Position numbers and translations under genes: made by a program
Shown: positions 16,921 through 25,176 of the stretch, piece by piece
Layout: each line of letters starts with the position of its first letter
How positions within the stretch are numbered: the first letter of the stretch is position 1
The notes under the pieces: model-generated
What the model was told of the DNA's origin: nothing
Database searches by the model: none
Seen by the model: the letters and a program-made list of their open reading frames with translations, nothing else
Virus record (IMG/VR): IMGVR_UViG_3300025940_000007
Span: 12,702 to 76,701 of that record
Reading direction: 5' to 3' (one strand)
Length of the DNA stretch: 64,000 nucleotides
DNA from: a virus

Positions 16921-18352
16921 GCGGCGCCGGATCGAGCGCGAGATCCTCCAGAAGAAAACAGGGATGCGGCACTGCGCTTCCTGCGATCAATTCCGGGCGC
17001 CGGATGATTTCCCGGCGCCCGGGGCGATTAGGTGCAGCCGCTGCTTGGTCAGCCAGTCACAGTCGCGCACCGATCCGGCGCTCGACTTTCGCGGGCTCGA
17101 CATCAAGCGCAAGGGCGACTCGTTCGTCATCGAGAAGGCCGACGACCCGAACGCATTGCCAATGGAGGCTGACGAATTGACCGATCGACTCATGGAAGGG
17201 GCGCCGCTGTTCGGCAAGGCAAGCGACGTGCTTGGCGATCGTGGCCAGTCGCACAAGTTCGGCCCGGGCTATGATGACATTCGCACCCAGCGCGCGGCGC
17301 GTCGCGACGACAGCGTGGCGCGGATGCTGTTGAACACTGTGCGCAAGGAAGAACCGCCGCCGCTGTTGCTGGACGATCGCCCGCTGATCGATCGACTGCA
17401 CGAGGGCACCTTCACCAATGCGCCCGGGCTGTCCACGATCAAGGATCTCTACGGACTGCGCATGCTGTTGCGGAAAGCACACTGCTTCACCCTGAGTGAA
17501 GAGACGTCGCGGCTGGTGGCGGATTTCTCGATGGCGATCTCGGGCGATCTGGAGTCGTCGCGCAAGATGGCGATCCCGCCGTTCCCGGTCACGTGGATCG
17601 ATCTCGACAACCGCGCGCGGTTGAACCGGATGCGCGAGCTCGGCATCTCGCTGACGCCACAGGCCGCCGGGGAGACCGAGGCCGGGGCGCCGGTCGATCG
17701 CGTGGGCTGGCTGATTCATCCCGGCGTCGAGCATGGTGGGTTTCATGCGAGCTATTGCTGCGTGGTCGAGCAGGGCGCGCTCGTGGCGCCGCTCTCATAC
17801 TGGTGGCATTGTGGGACATCGGCGCCGATGCGCGAAGTGGCGGGCAACGATGTGCTGATGCAGGGGCTTACGTTCGGAATGAAGAACGTCAACGTGCATC
17901 CGCACGATGCCTTCCCGTGCCCGACCGTGTTGCATGATGACCTAAAGGTCCGCGACAAGGAGCATGTGCTCGAACTGATGTCAGAGATCTCCGGAGAGCT
18001 CCGCCACGTGTGGGGCCTGCTGATCGCTCTGGGCGCCGGGCAACTCGGGATGGAAGCGAAGACCAGCGTGCAGCCGAAGCACACAGATATCCGGAAGATG
18101 CCGAACGGCAAGCCGCTGTTGCCGCTGGAGCACAAGGTGCTTCACTTGCACCTCGCGAAGAAGATGACGCCAGCGCGTGTCGTGGTGCGGATGATGACGC
18201 ATCACAAGCACAGATGGCACGAGGTGCGGGCGCATTTCCGCACCTACAAAAATCCGGATGGCACGGTGCGGATGCGCATCCCGATAAAAAGTCACGAGCG
18301 CGGTGATGAACGCTTGGGACGAATCGAAAAAACTTATAGTGTTGAGAAGTGA
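16904..18352 (+). CDS. hypothetical phage protein (N-terminal Zn finger, C-terminal H.VRAH.R motif)
   Basis: 482 aa; CASC..CSRC; RWHEVRAHFR...HERGDERLG. Confidence 0.7.
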   Translation: MMKETERRRIEREILQKKTGMRHCASCDQFRAPDDFPAPGAIRCSRCLVSQSQSRTDPALDFRGLDIKRKGDSFVIEKADDPNALPMEADELTDRLMEGAPLFGKASDVLGDRGQSHKFGPGYDDIRTQRAARRDDSVARMLLNTVRKEEPPPLLLDDRPLIDRLHEGTFTNAPGLSTIKDLYGLRMLLRKAHCFTLSEETSRLVADFSMAISGDLESSRKMAIPPFPVTWIDLDNRARLNRMRELGISLTPQAAGETEAGAPVDRVGWLIHPGVEHGGFHASYCCVVEQGALVAPLSYWWHCGTSAPMREVAGNDVLMQGLTFGMKNVNVHPHDAFPCPTVLHDDLKVRDKEHVLELMSEISGELRHVWGLLIALGAGQLGMEAKTSVQPKHTDIRKMPNGKPLLPLEHKVLHLHLAKKMTPARVVVRMMTHHKHRWHEVRAHFRTYKNPDGTVRMRIPIKSHERGDERLGRIEKTYSVEK

Positions 18353-18378
18353 CAAGCGGTATGTGATACACTTCAAGA

Positions 18379-18449
18379 TCCGCCGCGAGGCGGAGGAGGC
18401 CCGGCCAGAGCGATGGTGAAACCCACAGTGACATTGCCGGGCCTCCACC
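18379..18449 (+). ncRNA. solitary TIGR-like guide unit (GCGA hairpin + guide) in the 5' UTR of recT
   Basis: ggaggcccggc-ca-GAGCGATGG-tgaaaccca-CAGTGACAT-tg-ccgggcctcc (18395-18446). Confidence 0.85.
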
Positions 18450-18470
18450 TAATTCAAACAGGAGCAGTTT

Positions 18471-19490
18471 ATGGACATCAACGAAATCGAACGTCGCGTC
18501 GATCGCGCGATCGCGGCACCGATCCCGGTCAATGCGGATCTCGGCGGGCTCACGTTGGAAAACATGGGCCAAGTCATGGAGTTCGCGAAGCTCATGAGCG
18601 TCTCCGGCGCCGCTGTGCCCAAGTATCTGCGCGGCAATCCGGGCGCCTGTCTCGCCATCTGTTCGCGCGCGCTGCGGTGGAAGATGGACCCGTTCGCCGT
18701 GGCGGAAAAATCCTATCAAGTGATCAACAAGGGCGAGGAGCGCGTGGCGTTCGAGGCCCAGTTGGTTCATGCCGTGGTCACCGCGCGCGCACCGTTGAAG
18801 GGGCGCCTGCGTCATGAGATTATTGGAGAGGGCGACGATCGGCGATGCGTCGTATGGGGCACGTTCAAGAACGAAGATGCCCCGCACAAGTACACCAGCG
18901 AAACGCTCGGCAAACTGCGCGACGCCCGGGGCCGCAATGACTACGGCGCGGTGAAAGGCTCTCCGCTTTGGGATAATCAGCCCGAGGTGCAGTTGGCTTA
19001 TTCCGCCGTGCGCCAATGGTGCCGACTTTACGCGTCGGAAACGCTGCTCGGAGTCTACACTCCGGACGAGCTCGAAGACGGCAGCACGCCGAAAGACGTG
19101 ACACCGACCAAGACCGAGTTGCTGACGCAGCGCCTGAAAGATCAGAAGGCGCAGCATGCTGACACACGCAGGGGATTCGATGCTGACTACGTCGCCAAGC
19201 AGGCGGCGCTCAGTTCGATAATCGAAGGCGACGTCAATTCCGATGAAGCCGAGACAAAGGGAGAGAGAGATGACGGCGGTAGCAATGAGCCTGACGCTGC
19301 GCGAGGGGCGGACGGTGCTGGTGATCGACGGGATGGAGATCGAGACCAAGGCGGAAGCGAAGGCGGTCTCAACGATGATCAGTCAGTGGGCGGAGGGTCT
19401 GCCGGAGAGCAAGCCCCGGACGCCGAGGAAGGCGAAGAAGGCAGCGCGCCAAACCGCCAAGCGAAGCCGAGCCCCAAGGGCAAACGGTGA
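18471..19490 (+). CDS. RecT/Bet-like ssDNA annealing protein
   Basis: VPKYLRGNPGACLAI..A.RW.MDPFAVA, SPLW...P..QLAY.A.R.WCRLY..E.LLGVYT.DEL. Confidence 0.88.
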   Translation: MDINEIERRVDRAIAAPIPVNADLGGLTLENMGQVMEFAKLMSVSGAAVPKYLRGNPGACLAICSRALRWKMDPFAVAEKSYQVINKGEERVAFEAQLVHAVVTARAPLKGRLRHEIIGEGDDRRCVVWGTFKNEDAPHKYTSETLGKLRDARGRNDYGAVKGSPLWDNQPEVQLAYSAVRQWCRLYASETLLGVYTPDELEDGSTPKDVTPTKTELLTQRLKDQKAQHADTRRGFDADYVAKQAALSSIIEGDVNSDEAETKGERDDGGSNEPDAARGADGAGDRRDGDRDQGGSEGGLNDDQSVGGGSAGEQAPDAEEGEEGSAPNRQAKPSPKGKR

Positions 19491-19533
19491 AGTGATCGAT
19501 GACGCTGAGACAGCGCAGGAGTCGCTTATCTGA
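19270..19533 (+). CDS. small protein overlapping the recT 3' tail in another frame
   Basis: Purine-rich RBS (AAAGGGAGAG) then MTAVAMSLTLREGRTVLVIDG... Confidence 0.5.
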   Translation: MTAVAMSLTLREGRTVLVIDGMEIETKAEAKAVSTMISQWAEGLPESKPRTPRKAKKAARQTAKRSRAPRANGEVIDDAETAQESLI

Positions 19534-19822
19534 TCCCGGCTATCTGGCTTGGCTGCGCAAGCAGCGATGCGCGTGTTGCCAACAGCCGCCGCCATGCGAT
19601 GCGGCTCATCTTCGAGCCTCATCGTTCGCGTACGGCAAGACGAATGGCATGGGGCAGAAGCCTGACGACAACTGGGCTCTGCCGTTAAAACACATGCATC
19701 ACATGGCGCAACACTACAGCGGCAATGAACTCGCATGGTGGGAGACGCACGGCGTCGCTGATCCGTTTGCGCTGGCGCAGAATTACTACGCCAGATATCT
19801 GAAACTCAAAGGAGCACCGTAA
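19499..19822 (+). CDS. DUF968-like HNH/Zn-finger protein
   Basis: YLAWLRKQRCACC...DAAH...GMGQKPDD..ALPL..HH..QH. Confidence 0.75.
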   Translation: MTLRQRRSRLSDPGYLAWLRKQRCACCQQPPPCDAAHLRASSFAYGKTNGMGQKPDDNWALPLKHMHHMAQHYSGNELAWWETHGVADPFALAQNYYARYLKLKGAP

Positions 19823-20030
19823 TCGGTCGCCTTGGCCATGATGAAACCCAGATGATCTTCGCGACCGACGAGCCCGGCCAAGCAGTAACTGGTATCCATT
19901 GAACTGGCGCCGGGCTCACCTATTCAAGATCGGTTGCCAGCGATTGAGTGAGAACCACAGATCGGTAAGCGACCGTAGAGCCTCGGCCAGCAATAGTCTG
20001 AAACCCATCGCACGAGTGCCGGGGCTCACC
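19823..20030 (+). ncRNA. stem-loop TIGR-like array 2 (4 guide units)
   Basis: Spacer pairs TGGCCATGA/GATGATCTT, AGCAGTAAC/TTGAACTGG, GCGATTGAG/CAGATCGGT, GCAATAGTC/TCGCACGAG in alternating stems. Confidence 0.88.
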
Positions 20031-20054
20031 AATTTTAACCCAGAAGGAAACCAA

Positions 20055-20477
20055 ATGACCACCACCTCCGTCATCCCACACGACCGCCTGCACGTAGCAA
20101 ACGACCTCGAACAGGCAATCCACAGCGGAGCACAAGCCATTCGTGAAGGCGCGCGCATGCCGAGGACCACGCCGCTGATTCCGACGCAGATGCGCGGGCT
20201 TGACGAGCTCGGCAAGATGTCTGCCGAGGCTGTCCTCACGCAATACGAAGCCGCAGCGAAAGCGGTGGAGGACATGGGGAAGGAGGTCACCGCGATGGTG
20301 CGCAAGCTCGGCCAGTCGCTGCAGGAATGCGACAACGACATGAAGGTTGTCGCCGAGACTGCGGCGGCGATCCGAGAGAAGGGCAAGCACTCTCAGGCCC
20401 TGATCGAACAGGTAAGTGCGCTATCCTCCGAGATCCGCAAGACCTGTGATGAATTCAAGAAAAAGGTCGGGCTATGA
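20055..20477 (+). CDS. hypothetical coiled-coil protein
   Basis: AAGGA RBS then ATG at 20055. Confidence 0.7.
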   Translation: MTTTSVIPHDRLHVANDLEQAIHSGAQAIREGARMPRTTPLIPTQMRGLDELGKMSAEAVLTQYEAAAKAVEDMGKEVTAMVRKLGQSLQECDNDMKVVAETAAAIREKGKHSQALIEQVSALSSEIRKTCDEFKKKVGL

Positions 20478-23279
20478 CGCGAGACGAAAAGATCACGGTG
20501 CTTTATCATCTGTGCCGGGCTCTGCATGAGAACGGCCAGACGATGACCTACGGACAGGCGGCGAAGATGGTGGGATGCATTCCGATCGCCCTCGGTCCCA
20601 CGTTGCTTGGCGCGGTGAACCATCGCGCCAACGACATCATCACGGACGTGATCGTCAACGCCACGACCCGGCACCCGGGCGACGGCATCGCGATCGGCCC
20701 GCCGTGATCCTCAATTACAAACGCAACACGCGCGGGACGCTGCAGGCTGCACAGGCTGGCAGCGTCCGCGTCGGCTATGTCGAGCAAAGCGTCCAGCCCA
20801 ACCGCTGGATCTGGAGTTTGAACACCATCCAACCCAAGGGCGGACGCGCAAGCGGCATCGAGGAGACCGAGCACCTCGCCAAGGAGGCGCTGGAGCGTCA
20901 GTGGGTCAAGTGGATTGAGGCCGCCGGTCTTTCGATAAAGGAGCACGTGGAATGAGACAGTTTCTCAAAATCGGACTCGGCGGATCGGCGGCGCTGGCGC
21001 TGGTGATCACGTTCGCGCTCGGGCGTACACCGTCACCCGCGCAGGACCAGAAGGCCTTCGAGGCGTGGGCCGCGAGACTTGCGGATGATCCGGAGCCATT
21101 GAAGAAGGCCGATCAGATCCGGGTGGTGAGCACCGAGCGCATCGTGGTCGAGCCGATCGTCAAGGAAGTCGCAGTGCAAACGAAGGTGCCGCCGATCATC
21201 CAGACCGATGACGACAAGGGCGAAAAACCGAAGAAGCGAATACATCATCGCACCCGCGTAGCTGACGCTGGCGGCAATGTCTGCACGCGCCACGGCAAAC
21301 GCAAAGTGACCACGCATGGTGGTCGATCATGGAGATGCAGATGACCGAGACTTATTTGGGCGACGGGCTCTACGCCTCGTTCGACGGCTTTCAATTCTGC
21401 CTGCGGGCGCCGCGCGGTAACGGGGACCACAAGGTCTTCCTCGACGCTGCAACGATGCACGCGTTCGATCAATTCAGGAAGAGCATATCTGCCGCCAACA
21501 ATGTCGCGCGTGACCAGATCGACCGCGAGCTCGGCAAGCTGCAGGCTGGCGAGCCCTCGATCACGGACGGCAGGCGATGAGGCTCAGCGATGAGATGTCG
21601 AAACATTGGTTCGGGTTGCCGGTGAAGCTGCGCGTGCGATGGTGGGTCGAAACAGATTACGGCAAGAAAGAACCGAGCGAAGAATTGAAGCGCGAGATCG
21701 AAGCAGCGATCGTGGAAAAGGGGAAGGTTGATGGACGAACACCTTGATGGATTATCAGCGCTGGTGCACGAGAGGCTGAAGCGCCTGAAGATGGACGAGA
21801 CCGCGTCGATCACGTGCACGAAGGAATTCCCGGGGGACGAGGTGCGGCTCTACGTGACAGCCTACGCGATGCACAAGAAGAAGTGGTTTCTCACCGAGTA
21901 TGACAAGGCGACAAACACGGTGAAGTGCAAGCGCGCGCCGGAGCCCGATTGGGAAGCCCAGAACGTAGTCGATGAAGAGGAAGAGTTGTGATGGTGGACA
22001 CCACCCAGATGAGTCTCGAAGACTATCAGGCGTACATGGATAAGCTCGCGCTGCGCATCAGCGAGACCATGAAGGGCGCCCGGCTGGAGGATGCGCTGAG
22101 CGCCTGTGCCGCCAACATTGGATTCGGCATGGTGCAGTTGCCGGAGGCGCAGCACGACAAGATGCGCGCGCACCTCAACAAGATCATCGACGCGATCCTT
22201 GAGAAGGCGCCGAGGCCGCAATGAGAGACAACGACATGAGCGTGGTCCCCACGCGGTTCTGGCAGTCGATGTCGCTGGAGGAATTCGACGCGCTCGCCAA
22301 GAATGACGGCTGGCTCAATGCAATTCAGTGCGCCCGGCTGTGGCGCATGACCGAACGCAACACGCGACCGCCGCTCAAGCTACAGATATTTCTCAAGCGC
22401 GACGAAGTCGAGAAGTTAGCCAAATGATGGGGCCGGGAAAACATGACGATCTTTGCACGCTGGTGCGTGAGCAACTCGGACTCGGCGACACGGGCGGCGT
22501 GATGCTGATCGTGTTCGGCACCAAGGAGCAGAGCGGCTTCGCGTGTCAGTGCGACTACATGACGACGATGGCGCTGCCGGAGATTCTGGAAGACGTCGCG
22601 AGGCAGATCCGTGAGGATCGCGAGAAGGGCATCGTATGAAAAAGTTCGTGCCGCTGACGCTGCAGGCGAACCGGATCAAGTCTGGTCAGTATGGCAGTGA
22701 CGAGTCGTATGGTCTGGCTGGAGCTTTCCGCCTGATCGCGCCGGGAGGCACGCTGTTGCTGGCCCTATCGAGTGGGCCAGAGAACGCGGCGAATGACACG
22801 GGCTGGGAGCACGTATCGGTTTCGGCGGAGCAACGTCCGCCGACGTGGGAGGAGATGTGCTGGATCAAAGATATCTTCTGGGATAAACACGAAATGGCGG
22901 TGCAGTATCATCCGCCGGAATCAGAGTATGTGAATTTTCATCCGCACGTTCTGCACATCTGGCGCCCCACGCAGATGACGATTCCGATGCCGCCCATGTT
23001 GCTCGTGGGACCAAAGCGATGACGACGATTCACCACAGGACCACGTGTCCGTTCTGCGGCACGCACCATGACCGGATCACCTCGACCATAGAGGAGGTGG
23101 CACCGGAGGACGGCGACGCCTCGATGTGCTTCGCCTGTGGCGAGTTCAACATCGTGGATAGCAGCACCGACGAAGGGATGCGCAAGCCGACCAAGCGCGA
23201 GCGGCGGATGCTCGATGACGACGAACGGATTGCCGAGCTACGGGAGGCGTGGCGCATGGCAAGAACGGTGCGGCAATGA
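20474..23279 (+). CDS. run of about 11 short, mostly translationally coupled hypothetical genes (e.g. 20474-20707, 20952-21344, 21341-21580, 21731-21991, 21988-22224, 22221-22427, 22424-22639, 22636-23022, 23019-23279)
   Basis: Consecutive ATGA overlaps; 22636-23022 carries the common phage motif WEHVSVS...PTWEEMC. Confidence 0.65.
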
Positions 23280-23289
23280 CAATCCAGAT

Positions 23290-24030
23290 CGATCGCCATC
23301 GTACTGTTGCAACCCAACGAGCGAATGCGATCGCGAGCCCGGCCCGGTTATATTTGAAGCCCCCTATGCGGACGCCGGGCTCACCCTTTCGAATCGATCG
23401 CCGGTCAGTGAGTGCAAACCACAGAAGACTTGCGATCGCGAGCCCGGCCAATTCATCGATGAAGCCCAAAGCCGATATGCCGGGCTCACCCTTTCAAATC
23501 GGTCGCCTGATCAATCGTGATCTCCAAGGAAATCTTGCGACCGCGAGCCCGGCCTCTCGCCCTTTGAGGCCCACGTTGTTGATGCCGGGCTCACCCTTTC
23601 CAATCGCCAGCCATTTTGAAGGTGCAAACCCGAGCATGGATGCTGGCGAGAGCCGGGGCCACAACTGTCGTGCGATCCCGATCGCGGGTGCCCCGGCTCA
23701 CTCAATTCGAATCGGTCGCCAGACGTTGTGTGAGATCCCATCTGCACTTGCGACCGACGAGCCCGGCCCGTTCGCCCTTGATGCCCTTGAACCGTATGCC
23801 GGGCTCACTCTTTCGAAGATCGGTCGGCCCTCCGGTCGATGAAGCCCCCGGACCGATTGCTGACCGTAGAGCCCCGGCCCACGAGCGACTGAAGCCCACT
23901 GTCTGCGTGCCGGGGCTCACCTAACACGAGATCGGTCGCCGCCACCGCTGTGAGACCCACACGGCATCTGCGACCGCGAGCCCCGGCCACCGAGCACCTG
24001 AAGCCCAAACGAGCAGTGCCGGGGCTCACC
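23290..24030 (+). ncRNA. stem-loop TIGR-like array 3 (14 guide units in 7 tandem pairs, period about 107 nt)
   Basis: Strict alternation of cg(g/a)tcgc- and gagccc(c)ggc-type stems, each with two 9-nt variable spacers around a 9-nt loop repeat. Confidence 0.92.
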
Positions 24031-24065
24031 TTTCTTTCGACGCGTCAACGAGTTGGAGAACACTC

Positions 24066-24356
24066 GTGCTTTTAATCTGCGAGCGTTGCCACCGCTACTG
24101 GCGCCCACAGCGAGGCAAGAAGCGTCAGAACATCTGTCCGAAATGCGCTTGGCTCGGGCGATCGGCTGGCGCCAAGAAGCGGGAAGCCCGAAAGCGGATA
24201 GTGGCTCAGACGCTCAGCGCGCCCGCTGGAGAGGCCGGGGCGCCTGCCCGCCCCTTCGACGCGGACGAACTGCTCCGCCTCATGGCTGACGCAGACAGCG
24301 CGGCTGCGCGTGCCCTCGAACTGGCACGAAGGATCGGCGCCAAGCTCGGCTCGTGA
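24066..24356 (+). CDS. hypothetical Zn-finger protein
   Basis: GGAG RBS, CERC...CPKC. Confidence 0.55.
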   Translation: MLLICERCHRYWRPQRGKKRQNICPKCAWLGRSAGAKKREARKRIVAQTLSAPAGEAGAPARPFDADELLRLMADADSAAARALELARRIGAKLGS

Positions 24357-24779
24357 CGGGCGCCCGTAGCAGCGGCGCCTCGCACGTGGAGAATTTAGCC
24401 CGGGCGTTATTTCAGCCCGGCCCGCTGATCGGCTCTCCCGGCCAGCACACAGGCCGCCATCGTGAACATCCCGAGCGAGCCGCCTGCCATCATGCCGACT
24501 GTAAATCCGACCCAGAACATCTCAGCACCCTCGACAAATGGACGGAGGCTTCGGCGGATACGGTGGGAGGTCATCGACCTGAGACGCTTGAGGTGGATCA
24601 ACGAAAGGAGGCGTGCGGCAGCACTCCGAAAATTGAGAGGATGCCGACGATCACCAGCACGGCAATGATGATCATGAGGCCCTTGCCCAAGAAGCCCTCC
24701 TCGACGTTGACGTTCATCCAGAACCGGATGACGAACGCGATCAGAATCAGAACGGCTGCAGCGACTAGAAAATACATGG

Positions 24780-25004
24780 TCAGTCCTCCGCTCGTTCGAT
24801 GAGACTGGCGATCTCGTAATCCAGCGAAGCGCGCCCGTCCCATCTGATGTAGACGTTGATCTTCCCAACACGCACAGCGGTGCCCCGCCTCGCGTACCAA
24901 TCGACGCGTTGCGCACGAACCATGTAAGTCTTGCTGTTGATGCGGGCGCCTTGCTCGGTCAGCTTGACCCGGTCGCCCCGCTGGAGGCGGTTCGTTCTGG
25001 CCAT
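24780..25004 (-). CDS. hypothetical protein; small hydrophobic ORFs follow at about 24598-24777 and 24407-24537
   Basis: ORF track; the downstream ORF MYFLVAAAVLIL... has two TM-like helices (holin candidate, unproven). Confidence 0.45.
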   Translation of the reverse strand: MARTNRLQRGDRVKLTEQGARINSKTYMVRAQRVDWYARRGTAVRVGKINVYIRWDGRASLDYEIASLIERAED

Positions 25005-25176
25005 GCTCGCTTACAATTATTGCAGTAGACAAAGCGCCAGCCCGGCACCGTCGAGCCCTTCTCAAGCTCGACGTGGTAGGCCTTGTGAAAAATCCTGCAC
25101 CAGACGCGATCAATGAGTTGCGTCATCTTCTCAGCCCCGATCTTCTTGACCCACGTGCCCAGTACCGCGCCGATCG

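Noticed and set aside
23290-24030. CRISPR array or REP/BIME cluster
   Set aside because: Variable parts are two 9-nt blocks inside each hairpin rather than 30-40 nt spacers between direct repeats; no cas or RAYT gene is visible
23137-24108. ORFs across array 3 (e.g. 23249-23842) and array 1 (13449-13994)
   Set aside because: Translations simply echo the repeat (ASPA...PGSP) and lack an RBS; most likely spurious
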